A stretch of DNA of 64,000 nucleotides, from the NCBI GenBank assembly GCA_963729895.1, contig CAVSQB010000005.1:224001-288000 (forward strand), given 5' to 3'. Position numbers and translations under genes: made by a program. Below the pieces are notes generated by a model that was given only the letters and a program-made list of their open reading frames with translations, did not search any database and was not told the origin of the DNA. This document shows, piece by piece, positions 8,372 through 20,109 of this stretch. Within the stretch, counting starts at the first letter, position 1; each line of letters opens with the position of its first letter. This DNA is from an uncultured Fibrobacterota bacterium (GTDB lineage Bacteria > Fibrobacterota > Chitinivibrionia > Chitinivibrionales > FEN-1185).

Positions 8372-11300
8372 ACCCTTCACGTCTTTTTATCATGCGGCCG
8401 GTGGCGACGTCGCTGCTTATGGCCGCCATCCTGCTTGCCGGTGCCGTGGCATACAAGCAGCTTCCGGTTTCGGCCCTGCCGCAGGTTGATTATCCGACAA
8501 TACAGGTGGTGACCTTTTATCCGGGCGCCGGCCCCGAGGTGATGGCCTCGTCGGTCACGGCGCCGCTCGAACGCCAGTTCGGCCAGATGCCCGGCCTGCG
8601 GCAGATGACCTCGGGCAGCTCCGGCGGCAGCTCGGTAATCACGCTCCAGTTCGTATTGGACCTCAATCTTGATATTGCAGAACAGGAGGTGCAGGCCGCC
8701 ATCAACGCCGCGTCGAACCTGCTGCCCACCGACCTGCCCAACCCGCCGGTGTACAACAAGGTGAACCCCGCCGACGCACCTGTGCTCACGCTTGCCCTGA
8801 CATCAAAGACCCTGCCGCTGTCGCAAGTGGAAGACCTCACGGAAACGCAGTTCGCCCAGCGGATTTCACAGGTGTCGGGCGTGGGGCTTGTTTCCATCAG
8901 CGGCGGCCAGCGGCCTGCGGTGCGCATCCGCGTCAACCCGACCGCGCTTGCCTCCTACGGCCTGACCATGGAAGAATTGCGGACAGCCATCTCGGCGGAG
9001 AACGTCAACGCCGCGAAAGGCGGTTTCGACGGTCCGCGGCAATCTTCGATCATCGGCGCAAACGACCAGATTTCGTCAAGTAAAGATTATCGCCCGCTCA
9101 TTGTTGCTTTCCGGAACGGAGCGCCGGTGAGGCTTACCGACGTTGCCGAGGTGGTTGACGACGTGGAAAACGAGCGCCTGGCTGCGTGGACGGACACGAC
9201 CCCGGCGGTGATCGTCAACATACAGCGTCAGCCCGGCGCCAACGTCATCGCGGTTGTCGATCGCATCAAGAAACTATTGCCGCAGCTGCAGGGCGGCCTG
9301 CCCGCGGGAGTTTCGGTGACGATGCTCACCGACCGGACCACAACCATCCAGGCCTCGGTGCGGGACGTGCAGTTCGAACTGATGCTTGCCGTTGCCCTGG
9401 TCATCATGGTGATCTTTCTCTTTCTGCGCACGTTCGCCGCCACGATCATTCCCAGCATCGCCGTGCCGCTCTCGCTTGTCGGCACATTCGGCGTGATGCA
9501 CCTGATGAACTTCAGCCTGAACAACCTCACGCTCATGGCATTGACAATTGCAACAGGATTCGTGGTGGACGACGCCATTGTCATGATCGAGAACATCTCG
9601 CGGTACATTGAGCAGGGCGACGCGCCGCTCGAAGCGGCGCTCAAGGGCTCGAAGCAGATTGCGTTTACCATCATGTCGCTCACTATTTCGCTCATCGCAG
9701 TGCTCATTCCGCTCCTGTTCATGAGCGACGTGGTGGGCAGGCTTTTCCGCGAGTTTGCCATCACCCTATCGGTTACCATCCTTATTTCGGGAATCGTTTC
9801 GCTCACGCTCACCCCAATGATGTGCGGCAGGATTCTGCGGCACAAAACAGAGTCGGAGCAAGGACGATTCTACAATGCCTCCCAGCGTTTTTTCGACAAA
9901 ATGATCCGCGCCTACGGGGAATCCCTGCAATGGGTGCTTAAGCACCGCAGGCCGGTGCTTCTGAGCGCGGCCGCAACCCTCGTTCTCACCATTCTGCTTT
10001 ATATTTTTGTGCCCAAGGGATTCTTTCCTGTCCAGGATACAGGACTCATTCTTGGAATTTCCGAAGCGCCGCAGCAGGTTTCCTTTCCGGCGATGGCGAC
10101 GAGGCAGCAGGAGCTTTCCCGCGTGATTCTCCTGGACCCGGCCGTGCAAAGCCTTTCAACATTCATCGGCGTTGACGGAACGAATCCCACGCTCAACAGC
10201 GGCAGGATCCTCATCAATTTGAAGCCGCTTAACGTCCGCCACATCAGCGCGAGCGATGTGATCCGCCGCCTGGAACCTGGAGTCGCCGAAGTTGCAGGCA
10301 TTACGCTGTACATGCAGCCTGTCCAGGACCTCACCGTGGAAAGCACGGTAAGCCGCACGCAGTATCAATACAGCCTCGAAGATCACGACCAGAAGGAACT
10401 CGGGATGTGGACCGCGCGATTGGTTGACACATTGAGAAGCATTTCCCAGTTTCGCGATGTGAGCAGCGACCAGCAGAACAGCGGTTTGCAGGCGCAACTC
10501 ACCATAGACCGGGCCACCGCATCGCGCCTGGGCATCACGTCGCAGCTGGTTGACGAGACCCTGTACGACGCTTTCGGACAGCGGTTCGTGTCCACGATTT
10601 TCACCCAGCTCAACCAGTATCACGTGGTGCTGGAGACGCAGCCGGCGTTCCGGGACAATCCTTCAAAGCTGCGGGACATTTATCTGCAGAGCGCAAGCGG
10701 CGGACAGGTGCCGCTTGACGCGATCTCGCAGTATGCCGAGACAACCGGGCCGCTCCTCATCAGCCGCCAGGGACAATTTCCTTCGACAATGGTCTCATTC
10801 AACCTTGCGCCGCATGCGTCCCTCGGCCAGGCCGTACGGTCAATCAAGGCGATTTCCAAACATTTCGGGATGCCCGGAAGCATCATGGCCGGGTTTCAAG
10901 GAGCGGCATTGGCTTTCACCAGTTCATTGACAAACGAGTGGATCCTGATTCTCGCGGCACTCATCACGGTGTACATCGTGCTCGGCGTTCTGTATGAGAG
11001 TTACATCCATCCCGTCACGATCCTTTCAACGCTTCCGTCGGCGGGCGTGGGTGCGCTTCTGGCGCTGTTTCTCTGCCGTACGGAATTTACCATAATCGCG
11101 CTCATCGGCATCATCCTGCTTATCGGCATTGTCAAGAAGAACGGCATCATGATCGTGGATTTTGCCCTGGACGCGCAACGCTCCGAGGGTAAAAGCCCCG
11201 ATGAGGCGATTTATCAGGCGTGCCTGCTGCGGTTCCGGCCGATCATGATGACGACCATGGCCGCGCTCCTGGCCGCGCTTCCGCTTGCCGTGGGAAGTGG

Positions 11301-11472
11301 CGTCGGCTCGGAGCTCCGGCGGCCGCTGGGCATCACCATCATCGGCGGGCTTATTGTAAGTCAAGTGCTCACGCTGTATTCTACGCCTATCATTTATCTC
11401 TGGTTCGAAGGAATCGCGCAGCGGGTCCGGCAGCGGCGCGCCCGCCGCGATGAAACCGGGACCCGGCCATGA
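8368..11472 (+). CDS. mdtB: RND permease MdtB/MuxB
   Basis: [45 protein letters not shown] overlap with mdtA stop gives start 8368. Confidence 0.92.
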   Translation: MNPSRLFIMRPVATSLLMAAILLAGAVAYKQLPVSALPQVDYPTIQVVTFYPGAGPEVMASSVTAPLERQFGQMPGLRQMTSGSSGGSSVITLQFVLDLNLDIAEQEVQAAINAASNLLPTDLPNPPVYNKVNPADAPVLTLALTSKTLPLSQVEDLTETQFAQRISQVSGVGLVSISGGQRPAVRIRVNPTALASYGLTMEELRTAISAENVNAAKGGFDGPRQSSIIGANDQISSSKDYRPLIVAFRNGAPVRLTDVAEVVDDVENERLAAWTDTTPAVIVNIQRQPGANVIAVVDRIKKLLPQLQGGLPAGVSVTMLTDRTTTIQASVRDVQFELMLAVALVIMVIFLFLRTFAATIIPSIAVPLSLVGTFGVMHLMNFSLNNLTLMALTIATGFVVDDAIVMIENISRYIEQGDAPLEAALKGSKQIAFTIMSLTISLIAVLIPLLFMSDVVGRLFREFAITLSVTILISGIVSLTLTPMMCGRILRHKTESEQGRFYNASQRFFDKMIRAYGESLQWVLKHRRPVLLSAAATLVLTILLYIFVPKGFFPVQDTGLILGISEAPQQVSFPAMATRQQELSRVILLDPAVQSLSTFIGVDGTNPTLNSGRILINLKPLNVRHISASDVIRRLEPGVAEVAGITLYMQPVQDLTVESTVSRTQYQYSLEDHDQKELGMWTARLVDTLRSISQFRDVSSDQQNSGLQAQLTIDRATASRLGITSQLVDETLYDAFGQRFVSTIFTQLNQYHVVLETQPAFRDNPSKLRDIYLQSASGGQVPLDAISQYAETTGPLLISRQGQFPSTMVSFNLAPHASLGQAVRSIKAISKHFGMPGSIMAGFQGAALAFTSSLTNEWILILAALITVYIVLGVLYESYIHPVTILSTLPSAGVGALLALFLCRTEFTIIALIGIILLIGIVKKNGIMIVDFALDAQRSEGKSPDEAIYQACLLRFRPIMMTTMAALLAALPLAVGSGVGSELRRPLGITIIGGLIVSQVLTLYSTPIIYLWFEGIAQRVRQRRARRDETGTRP

Positions 11473-14400
11473 ACATCTCGGCCCCGTTCATAAAACGGCC
11501 CGTGGCCACCGTTCTCTTGACAACAGGGATTGCAGTCGCCGGGCTGTTCGCCATGCGGCTTCTTCCCGTGTCGCCGCTTCCACAGGTAGACTATCCCACG
11601 ATTTCCGTATCGTCGGCCCTTCCGGGAGCGAGCCCGCAGACCATGGCGACGTCGGTGGCCGCGCCCCTGGAGCGCCAGTTCGGCCACATCGCGGGAATAA
11701 CCGAAATGACGTCCACCAGCTATCTCGGGTCGACGTCCATCACCATGCAGTTCGATTTGAGCCGCGACATCAACGGCGCGGCCCGCGACGTTCAGGCCGC
11801 GATCAACGCGGCGCGGAGCTATCTGCCGAGCAACCTGCCGAGCAATCCGAATTACCGTAAGGTCAACCCTGCCGATGCGCCCGTGCTGATTCTTGCCCTC
11901 ACGTCGGACCTGTCCACCAAGGCGCAGATATATGACGCGGCATCGTCCATTCTGCAGCAGCGGCTTTCCCAGGTGGAAGGCGTGGGCCAGGTGATCGTTG
12001 GCGGAGGCTCTGCCCTTGCCGTCCGCGTGGAACTCAATCCAGGTCTGCTTGCCAGATACGGCATCGGGTTCGACGATGTCCGCACCGCCATCACGAGCGC
12101 AAATGTCAATATCCCGAAGGGCAGGGTGGAGGACGAGGGAAAAGTCTGGGAAATCCACACGAACGACCAAATGTACACCGCCGAGCATTACAAACCCCTC
12201 ACCGTGGCGTTCCGCGGAGGAAGGGCAATAAACCTGGGCGACATCGCGGACGTAAAGGATTCGGTGGAAGATCTGCGCACCATCGGACTCGTCAATGGAA
12301 AACCCGCGGTGCCGGTGATCCTGTTTCGCCAGCCGGGAGCGAATATCATTGCAACTGTTGACAAAGTGTTGAGCCTGCTGCCTCAGCTTTCGGCATCGCT
12401 TCCCGGCAGTGTGAAGATTTCAGTTGCCATGGACCGGTCCACCACCATCCGGGCTTCAATGTCGGACGTGGAACGTACGCTTATCATCTCGGGCATCCTG
12501 GTGATCCTTGTGGTCTTCGGATTTCTGCGCAATGTCCGCTCTGCGCTCATTCCCTGCATTGCGGTCCCGGTGTCCCTCATCAGCACTTTCGGGGTGATGT
12601 ATCTCCTCGGATTCTCCCTCGACAACCTGTCCCTCATGGCGCTCACCATTGCAACGGGGTTCGTGGTCGACGACGCAATCGTGGTTCTGGAGAACGTCAC
12701 CCGGCATCGCGAGCTCGGGCTTGGGCCGGTGGCGGCCGCATTGGCAGGGGCGAAAGAGATCGGCTTTACTGTTTTGTCAATAAGCGTATCCCTTGTCGCG
12801 GTGTTCATTCCCCTGTTGCTCATGGGCGGAATACTGGGCAGGCTTTTCCGTGAATTTGCCATAACCCTTTCCGTGGCCATACTGGTTTCCCTGGTTGTCT
12901 CGCTCACCACGACTCCCATGATGTGCGCGCTGCTGCTCAAGCCCATTAAACAGGAGCGGCACGGCCGCATCTTTACGGCGAGCGAGCGGTTTTTTACCTG
13001 GCTGCACCGCCGGTACGAAACAAGTCTGGCGCTCGCGCTCGAACATCCCCGGCTCATGCTCTTGTTGACAATAACAACATTTGCGGTCAGCATATTTCTG
13101 TATGTCGTGGTACCCAAGGGATTTTTCCCGCAGCAGGACACCGGCCGCCTGATGGCAATGGTTCAGGGCTCCCAGGACATTTCATTTCAGCTGATGAAGA
13201 ACAAGATGACGGCGATTAATGCCATTATGATGCGCGATTCCGCGGTTGAGAGCGCGGTCGCGTTCGGCGGCGGCGGAAACGCAACAATAAATACGGGCAG
13301 GATGTTCGTGGCGCTCAAGGACAGGCGGCAGTCGCATCTCGGGGCCGACCAGGTGATCGCACGGCTTCGCCGGGAGCTTGCGGTTGTGCCGGGCATTCAA
13401 GTGTATTTGCAATCGGTGCAGGACCTGCGCGTGGGCGGAAGGATGAGCGGCGGACTGTATCAGTACACCATTCAGGGAGAAAACCTTGACGAGCTCAATG
13501 ACTGGACGCCACGCCTGGAACAGAAGTTGCGGAGCCTCAAACAAGTCGTGGATGTAAACAGCGATCAGCAGAACAAGGGTTTGCAGACCATGCTCACCAT
13601 AGACCGGCCTACCGCCTCGCGGTTCGGCATCACGCCGCAGCTCATCGACAAAACCCTTTCGGAAGCGTTCAGCCAGGCCCAGGTTTCCATCATGTATGCG
13701 GATTTGAATCAATACCACGTGGTCATGGAAGCTGACCCGAGGTTCTGGCAGCGCCCCGACGACCTCCGCTCCGTTTTTGTCAAGGCACCCAACGGCGCCC
13801 AGGTGCCGCTCAGCGTGTTTACGCGTTTCCAGCCGAAAACGACACTCCTGGCCGTCAATCACCAGGAGCAGTTTCCATCGTCAACAGTGTCCTTTAATCT
13901 GACCCCGGGAGTGTCGATCGGCCAGGCGGCGGAGGCGATCGAATCGGCCACCAGCACCATGGGGATTCCGGCAAGCATTCACCGGGGATTTGCAGGTACA
14001 GCCCAGGTGTTCCAGTCGTCCCTGGCTTCGGAGCCGCTGCTGATCCTGGCCGCGCTCATCGCGGTGTTCATCGTGCTCGGCATGCTGTACGAGAGTCTCG
14101 TGCACCCGCTTACGATTTTGTCAACCCTGCCGTCGGCCGGCGTGGGTGCGATATTGGCCCTGCTGCTCACCGGCACGCCGCTCGATATCATCGGGCTTAT
14201 CGGCATCATCCTGCTTATCGGATTGGTCAAAAAGAACGGCATCATGATAGTCGATTTCGCCCTGAGCGCGCAGCGCAGCGGGAACATGAGCCCGCGCGAC
14301 GCGATTTATCGCGCATGCCTGCTGAGGTTTCGGCCCATCATGATGACGACCATGGCCGCCATGCTGGCCGCCGTTCCGCTGGCCTTGGGAACCGGGGTGG

Positions 14401-14585
14401 GGTCTGAACTGCGGCGGCCTCTCGGCATTGCCATCATCGGCGGACTGATCGTGAGCCAGATGCTTACGCTCTTCACCACCCCGGTAATTTTTTTGTATCT
14501 TGAAAAGGCGAGAACGAAGTTTTCGGCCGGACGCCATAGTCGCGGCGCGTTACCCGGTACGGCACTAGGAAGGGTTTCATCATGA
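11469..14585 (+). CDS. mdtC: RND permease MdtC/MuxC
   Basis: [31 protein letters not shown]; paralog of mdtB with ATGA overlap. Confidence 0.92.
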   Translation: MNISAPFIKRPVATVLLTTGIAVAGLFAMRLLPVSPLPQVDYPTISVSSALPGASPQTMATSVAAPLERQFGHIAGITEMTSTSYLGSTSITMQFDLSRDINGAARDVQAAINAARSYLPSNLPSNPNYRKVNPADAPVLILALTSDLSTKAQIYDAASSILQQRLSQVEGVGQVIVGGGSALAVRVELNPGLLARYGIGFDDVRTAITSANVNIPKGRVEDEGKVWEIHTNDQMYTAEHYKPLTVAFRGGRAINLGDIADVKDSVEDLRTIGLVNGKPAVPVILFRQPGANIIATVDKVLSLLPQLSASLPGSVKISVAMDRSTTIRASMSDVERTLIISGILVILVVFGFLRNVRSALIPCIAVPVSLISTFGVMYLLGFSLDNLSLMALTIATGFVVDDAIVVLENVTRHRELGLGPVAAALAGAKEIGFTVLSISVSLVAVFIPLLLMGGILGRLFREFAITLSVAILVSLVVSLTTTPMMCALLLKPIKQERHGRIFTASERFFTWLHRRYETSLALALEHPRLMLLLTITTFAVSIFLYVVVPKGFFPQQDTGRLMAMVQGSQDISFQLMKNKMTAINAIMMRDSAVESAVAFGGGGNATINTGRMFVALKDRRQSHLGADQVIARLRRELAVVPGIQVYLQSVQDLRVGGRMSGGLYQYTIQGENLDELNDWTPRLEQKLRSLKQVVDVNSDQQNKGLQTMLTIDRPTASRFGITPQLIDKTLSEAFSQAQVSIMYADLNQYHVVMEADPRFWQRPDDLRSVFVKAPNGAQVPLSVFTRFQPKTTLLAVNHQEQFPSSTVSFNLTPGVSIGQAAEAIESATSTMGIPASIHRGFAGTAQVFQSSLASEPLLILAALIAVFIVLGMLYESLVHPLTILSTLPSAGVGAILALLLTGTPLDIIGLIGIILLIGLVKKNGIMIVDFALSAQRSGNMSPRDAIYRACLLRFRPIMMTTMAAMLAAVPLALGTGVGSELRRPLGIAIIGGLIVSQMLTLFTTPVIFLYLEKARTKFSAGRHSRGALPGTALGRVSS

Positions 14586-16141
14586 GCAAAAAGATGATGT
14601 CTTGCCTCGATACGGCCAACGGCCATTCGGCAAACGGTTCTATTTCCTCACGTCGAGTGGCGAAGCGTATCGAGACAAACGGAATAGTGCTCTTGTTAAG
14701 CATGTCGCTGATGCTAATCTCCGGTTGCGTGGGTCCCAAATACCTGCGCCCGAAAACCGAGGTCCCGGACAATTTCAAGGAAATGCAAGGCTGGAAAACG
14801 GCGCAGCCTCGTGACAGTATATTGCGCGGGGCATGGTGGGAAATATTCAACGATCCCATGCTGGATTGGTTGGAAGAACAAGTCGCTGTTTCGAACCAGA
14901 CCATTGTTGTCGCGGAAGCGCAATACAGCCAGGCGCGGGCGGCGGTGCGCGCAAGCCGGGCAGGATATTTCCCCACGGTCGGGGCGCAAGGTTCGTTTAC
15001 GCGAGGGCAAAAGTCGGGCACCATGCTTAACACAAGCGGCAATGCCAATGCCGGTCCCACGTCTTCTGATTTTCTTCTGAGCGGAGACGTTTCCTGGGAG
15101 CCGGACTTCTGGGGAAGAGTGCGCCGGCTGGCGGAATCAAACAGGGCCGCCGCGCAGGCGAGCGCGGCGGATTTGGAAACGGTTCGACTGAGCGTTCAGG
15201 CCGCGCTGGCGCAAAGCTACTTCCAAGTGCGTATCCAGGATGAGCAAAAGCGCATCCTCGATTCGGCCGTAACTGCGTATCAAGAATTCCTCGATTTGAC
15301 AACCAAACGCTATAAGAGCGGCATTGCCGCGCAGTCCGATATTCTCCAGGCGCAAACGCAGCTCAAGACCACGGCTGCCCAGGCCATCGACGCAGGGGTG
15401 CTGCGCAGCCAGCAGGAACATGCCATCGCTGTTCTTATCGGTAAACCTCCGTCCCTGTTCTCCATCCCGGAAGTGCCGCTGGTTCCCGGCGTGCCGCTCA
15501 TACCGCTCGCCCTGCCCTCCGAACTGCTCGAACGCAGGCCCGATGTTGCGGGCGCGGAACGGCGGGTCGCCGCGGCAAACGCCCAGATCGGCGTTGCCGA
15601 GACGGCGTATTTCCCGAACATCACGCTCGGCGCTTCCGGCGGGTACGAAAGCGGAAGTTTTGCCCAGTGGTTTTCGCTGCCGAGCCTGGTGTGGTCGCTT
15701 GGCGCTTCCGCAGCAGGGACGTTGTTCGATGCAGGCCTGCGCAGGGCTCAGGTCGATGAAGCCAAGGCCGCCTATGAAGCGACCGTCGGGACCTATCGCC
15801 AGACCGTGCTCACCGCATTTGAGGAAGTGGAAGATAATCTTGCAGTGCTACGTATCCTTGAACGGGAAACGCAAGTCGAGGCCGAAGCGGTTACTGCCGC
15901 GCGTCAATCCGTGGTCGTCACCGTCAACCGGTATAATCAGGGAATAGCCAGTGCTCTCGACGTCATCAATACCCAGACCGTCGAACTCAACAACCTGAAA
16001 GCCTCGGTGGTGCTGCTTGGAAACCGGATTTCCGCGGCTTTGCTGCTCATTAAAGCGTTGGGCGGAGGGTGGGAAGTCTCGCAATTGCCCTCGGCAGGGG
16101 ATGTCGCCAAAAAGGAAGACAGGAGCGCCGGGAAGCGATGA
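14582..16141 (+). CDS. Outer-membrane efflux lipoprotein (NodT/OprM family)
   Basis: Lipobox LISGC, WWEIFNDP, SWEPDFWGRVRR, LPSELLERRPDV, LIKALGGGW. Confidence 0.9.
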   Translation: MSKKMMSCLDTANGHSANGSISSRRVAKRIETNGIVLLLSMSLMLISGCVGPKYLRPKTEVPDNFKEMQGWKTAQPRDSILRGAWWEIFNDPMLDWLEEQVAVSNQTIVVAEAQYSQARAAVRASRAGYFPTVGAQGSFTRGQKSGTMLNTSGNANAGPTSSDFLLSGDVSWEPDFWGRVRRLAESNRAAAQASAADLETVRLSVQAALAQSYFQVRIQDEQKRILDSAVTAYQEFLDLTTKRYKSGIAAQSDILQAQTQLKTTAAQAIDAGVLRSQQEHAIAVLIGKPPSLFSIPEVPLVPGVPLIPLALPSELLERRPDVAGAERRVAAANAQIGVAETAYFPNITLGASGGYESGSFAQWFSLPSLVWSLGASAAGTLFDAGLRRAQVDEAKAAYEATVGTYRQTVLTAFEEVEDNLAVLRILERETQVEAEAVTAARQSVVVTVNRYNQGIASALDVINTQTVELNNLKASVVLLGNRISAALLLIKALGGGWEVSQLPSAGDVAKKEDRSAGKR

Positions 16142-16250
16142 AAAGGTTCCGTGTGCCGGAATTTCCAACCAGTTTTCCGCTACCGCAAGAGATACTTTGC
16201 ATATTTGAGAAATTGCGATAAAACTTCGAGAATAGCTAGCCGAACGGTCA

Positions 16251-16266
16251 TGGTACGGTAATTGCA
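16251..16266 (+). promoter_or_regulatory. Putative sigma-54 promoter
   Basis: TGGTACGGTAATTGCA differs from the TGGCACG-N4-TTGCA consensus at one position; 65 bp upstream of ATG 16331. Confidence 0.6.
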
Positions 16267-16330
16267 CATTTGTTGTGGCGGGGTTGTGTTGTCATGCGCG
16301 CCCACGCATCATAAGAGAAAGGCCCCCAGC

Positions 16331-16969
16331 ATGAAGTCGACAGGCAAAACGATTGCGGTAGCGTTACTCGGGTGTTTCATAGCCATGATGTTCGGCTGCG
16401 CCCCCTCCATCAGTCTGGTGGATGTGTGGCGCGACCCATTATATCAAGCTCCGCCATTCGCCAAGATGCTGGTTATTGATATAGGAAAAGACGCAGCCAA
16501 GCGGCGCATCTGGGAAGATGCTTTTACGGGTGAACTCGGCAGGCACGGCGTGGCGGCGACATCATCATACAGGTTTTTCCCCAACGATCCTCCGGATACG
16601 AATCAAGTTATTGCCGTTGCGCAAGCCGACAGCTTCGACGGGATACTGGTTGTTCGTGGCCTGCCTTCCGAAAAGAGTTTGCGGTACGTTCCCGGGTACA
16701 CAACCAAGGAACGTGGCATGAATTGCGATTCCTATTGGGAAAGATATGGGGCCTGTTACCGCGAAATAGACTATGTCGGGTATGTTGACTCCGAAACCGT
16801 GGGGATCCGGGCGATTGACATCGTCACTGCCGGAAAAAACAGCCGGATGATCTGGAGCGCTACGAGCAAGACGCCCGATCCCGATTCGGAGCCCGATCTG
16901 CAACGCAGGATCGCAGGCCTCATAATGTCCGAGCTTATGCGGCAAAACATTATAAGACCAAAGAAGTAA
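16331..16969 (+). CDS. Hypothetical lipoprotein
   Basis: MKSTGKTIAVALLGCFIAMMFGC lipobox; WRDP, RRIWEDAF, MIWSATSKT motifs resembling DUF4136-like lipoproteins. Confidence 0.6.
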   Translation: MKSTGKTIAVALLGCFIAMMFGCAPSISLVDVWRDPLYQAPPFAKMLVIDIGKDAAKRRIWEDAFTGELGRHGVAATSSYRFFPNDPPDTNQVIAVAQADSFDGILVVRGLPSEKSLRYVPGYTTKERGMNCDSYWERYGACYREIDYVGYVDSETVGIRAIDIVTAGKNSRMIWSATSKTPDPDSEPDLQRRIAGLIMSELMRQNIIRPKK

Positions 16970-17043
16970 CCTCCGGCGTCTTTTTTTTTGCGCCGGTTGA
17001 CTTACCAGAAACCGAGCTGCGGCTTCCGGGCCGCTTTGCTCGG

Positions 17044-18897
17044 CTACTCCCCGATAAATCGCGCTGCCCAGCTTCGCACCACTTTACCGTTGAGCACGTG
17101 GAATCTCCGCAGCCTGCGAATGGTTTCCGTGCTGAACGTGGAAATCGGCACCCATAGCAGCCGCTTTTTGAACGAGCGGGCGAGCACGGCAAGACGCACG
17201 CCCGGCTTTCTTGCCGAAACGAACGGGACCGCAGTTTCCCGGGAAAAGAGAAGGGCCCCGTAGACAAGGCGTTCCGCACGGGTCATGATGTCGGGCAGGT
17301 TAGACAGCGAAAATACGTCGGGCACGATCCGCGGGGGGAAGAGCAGCGACAGACCGCCGTAGTACGAGCGCGCAATGCCGGGCCCAACCAGGTCGGCAAG
17401 CGGGTCGGTGGCGTAAAACGTAAGCGTGGACTCCTCGCCGTGCTCCGCGTACCAGGTAGCGCAATGTGGATATTTCCCATCGTGGTCCCCGTCGAAAATG
17501 ATGACCACCGTGTCAACCTTTCCGCGTAACGGCGGCACTTCCTTTACGTAAATGTCATGTGTGAACCAGTTTCGCATGGTTTCTCTGATATCAATACCGT
17601 CCTTCACCGACACGGTGAATTTTTCCGACTGCGCCCTGTCTTCGGAAAGAATTTTCACGGCTTTTTCGCGCAGGTGCCCATTGAAACGCTCGATGCGGCC
17701 GTCTTCAGGCACGTGTGAGCACGTGCCTGCCGGGCCCCAGGCAAAACGATACTTACGTTTCGCCAGTTTCGAGGGGTCGGGTTTTATGGAAAGCGTCCGC
17801 CAGACCAGTGTGGCGTCCCGGAACAGGTTCACGGCCCGGCGCGCCGGGGCCTCGCCGGAAAGTTGTATTTTGTCAAGGCCGACCGACAGAAGGTGGCCTC
17901 CGCGCTCAAAGGGCAGGTATGGGTAATATTTCGCGTTTCCAAGAATCTGCAGCGCGTAGGAATTGCCGCCGACGCCCTTGGCCGCGGCCACGATATCCAC
18001 GAGGGCGGGTACAAACCTTGCGTCCGCCACGGTGAGGTTACGCAAGAACGTCAACGCCCGCTGGATGCGGGCCGGGGAAAGCGGTTCCGCGTTCGATCGA
18101 TTGTCCGCGCACTCGTCGCGTGTCTCGGTAAAAAGGTCTTTGAAGGTTTCAACCACGTCGATGCGCGGCGAAAACGGGTCGTACCGTTCGCGTTCGAACT
18201 TGCCGGTCACAAACGGCAATTCCCCGAGGGCGAAATACAGGTGGTCCGGGTTGACAAATTCCCTGGTAATGCTGTAGTCTGGCGGCTTGTCAAAAGACAG
18301 GTTGCAGGTTCGCTCCCGCCCTAAGTGGAATACCGTACGGGCAAAGATGCCGAAATGCACAAGGCCGAGTATGTTCTTATGTTCAGGCGCAAGCCCCAGG
18401 AGTCTGTGGGCCGTAAACTGTGCGCACAATTCGTGATGCTGGGTCAAGAGGCCGTCCGTAACCGGATCGCCGCTCTCATCGGGCGCGGACGCGGCTTCGA
18501 TAACGCGGAGGCACATCGAGGCATAGGAGTCGAACCCCAGCTTGCCCATGGCGAATTCGTCGGGCGTTGCCGGCACGGTGCGGGGAGCGCAGAGGACCGG
18601 AGAACCAATACAGAAGCACGGTACGTGGTTCTGGCGGCTCTGCCGTATCCCCTCAATGGATGCGTCGCAGGGATCCGCAGGTACATAATATGCAGGACCT
18701 CTAGTATCAAACGCGACAACTGCAGAAATGTGGGGAAGGTCGTGTACCGCGTCGAATAGCTGTTCTTGAAGGCAGCAGGGGAGGTCAACCGCGATGCAAT
18801 CGAACTTGGTCTTGAGGCACAGGTCGCGTACGTGTTGCGCAAACGTGAGTTTCCCGTGCAGGTAGGGCACCAGCGTTACGGAGTCTGCCGGTTTCAT
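17044..18897 (-). CDS. Hypothetical partner of MoxR ATPase (617 aa)
   Basis: Long ORF 9 bp downstream of the AAA gene; N-terminal HG..FA..VR....FDCIAVDLP; C-terminal DGIDIRETMRNW..VDTVVIIFD. Confidence 0.75.
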   Translation of the reverse strand: MKPADSVTLVPYLHGKLTFAQHVRDLCLKTKFDCIAVDLPCCLQEQLFDAVHDLPHISAVVAFDTRGPAYYVPADPCDASIEGIRQSRQNHVPCFCIGSPVLCAPRTVPATPDEFAMGKLGFDSYASMCLRVIEAASAPDESGDPVTDGLLTQHHELCAQFTAHRLLGLAPEHKNILGLVHFGIFARTVFHLGRERTCNLSFDKPPDYSITREFVNPDHLYFALGELPFVTGKFERERYDPFSPRIDVVETFKDLFTETRDECADNRSNAEPLSPARIQRALTFLRNLTVADARFVPALVDIVAAAKGVGGNSYALQILGNAKYYPYLPFERGGHLLSVGLDKIQLSGEAPARRAVNLFRDATLVWRTLSIKPDPSKLAKRKYRFAWGPAGTCSHVPEDGRIERFNGHLREKAVKILSEDRAQSEKFTVSVKDGIDIRETMRNWFTHDIYVKEVPPLRGKVDTVVIIFDGDHDGKYPHCATWYAEHGEESTLTFYATDPLADLVGPGIARSYYGGLSLLFPPRIVPDVFSLSNLPDIMTRAERLVYGALLFSRETAVPFVSARKPGVRLAVLARSFKKRLLWVPISTFSTETIRRLRRFHVLNGKVVRSWAARFIGE

Positions 18898-18906
18898 GGC
18901 GGTCCC

Positions 18907-19833
18907 TCAGGCGTCTTTTGGGTCCGGGTTCAACTGGTCGTCGTCGGGAAAAAAGTAGTCTCCAAGGCCCATGGCGGGCAGGTGTTCTCCGGACAGCTTG
19001 CGCTTGGCGGCAAGAGCGTCGAGGTCGAGCGCTTCGCTGCCCAGGATCTGGGCGAGCGAGTCCTCAAACAGGCGGCCGGCGTCGGCAGAGGGGTCGGCCT
19101 GGTTCTTCTTGAGCGTATACCGGATCGCGTTGATGCCGTCACGCACCGAATAGGGAAGCTCGAAACCATGCGCCCGCTGAAGGAAATTGACGCAAATATC
19201 AAGCACGTCACCGGGGCAGAACGGCAGGTTATAGGATAGGATGGCGCGTTCGTCCTCTCGGCACGGGAACCCGATCTCAACGCCCGGCTGCAGCCTTGAC
19301 ATTATATAGTCCGGAATTTCGAAGGTGGAGGAATCCTCGTTCATGGTGACCACGGCCCGGAACTCTTTGTGCGCCTTCACGACGATGCCGGCTATTACCG
19401 ATTCCGCCGTTCTTCTGTTGTCAAAGAGACCGGCCAGCGAGGCCCACGATTTTTCCGACATCCGGTTGCCCTCGTCGAGTACCGCGATGCCGCCTTCGAT
19501 GGCCGCGGAAAGCAGGGGACTGGCATGATACGCGAGCTTTCCGTTGCCCGAAAGCACGGGAGTAATCAACAGATCTTCGGGCCGCGTGTCTGCGGTGCAT
19601 TGCATCACGTACACATCCTGGCCGCGCTTCCGGCCTGCCGTGATTGCAAGGGTGGTTTTGCCGATGCCCGGCACGCCGATGAGCCGCGGCACGAGCGGCA
19701 GGTCCTCGGGCGCCACGGTCATCCAGCACGCAAGGAGCTGGCGAAGAGGTTCCAGCTGACCGATCCACTCGGCCATGACCTCAACCGGGTGCGACAGGAA
19801 GACTTCCACATTGTCAATTAAGACGGACTTCAT
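18907..19833 (-). CDS. MoxR-like AAA+ ATPase (AAA_5 type)
   Basis: Walker A GVPGIGKT, QCTADT, Walker B AVLDEGNR, sensor TMN, arginine finger SRL. Confidence 0.85.
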   Translation of the reverse strand: MKSVLIDNVEVFLSHPVEVMAEWIGQLEPLRQLLACWMTVAPEDLPLVPRLIGVPGIGKTTLAITAGRKRGQDVYVMQCTADTRPEDLLITPVLSGNGKLAYHASPLLSAAIEGGIAVLDEGNRMSEKSWASLAGLFDNRRTAESVIAGIVVKAHKEFRAVVTMNEDSSTFEIPDYIMSRLQPGVEIGFPCREDERAILSYNLPFCPGDVLDICVNFLQRAHGFELPYSVRDGINAIRYTLKKNQADPSADAGRLFEDSLAQILGSEALDLDALAAKRKLSGEHLPAMGLGDYFFPDDDQLNPDPKDA

Positions 19834-20109
19834 ATCATTTCCGGTTTCCGTTGAGCGCGCCCGATTTCCGGATCTGTTGGACGGAGGCCTTCCTGTTTTG
19901 ATGCGGACAAAGGATGTTTCATCATGCTCACGGAGAGATTAAGAGAGAGCAACGTTTCAGCCGTCCTAACGCCCGGCCGGTTGAAAATATACCTCATGAA
20001 GGAGGGAAAATCCATGGATAGAGGAATGGCATCGGGAAGGATGAGCTGCACGCGTTGGCATGCGGGTTGGGCTTCGGACCCAAGGTCCATCCCACTGAGC
20101 GGCGCATCT

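Noticed and set aside
8368..14585. Long direct similarity between 8.4-11.4 kb and 11.5-14.5 kb
   Set aside because: Ordinary mdtB/mdtC paralogy.
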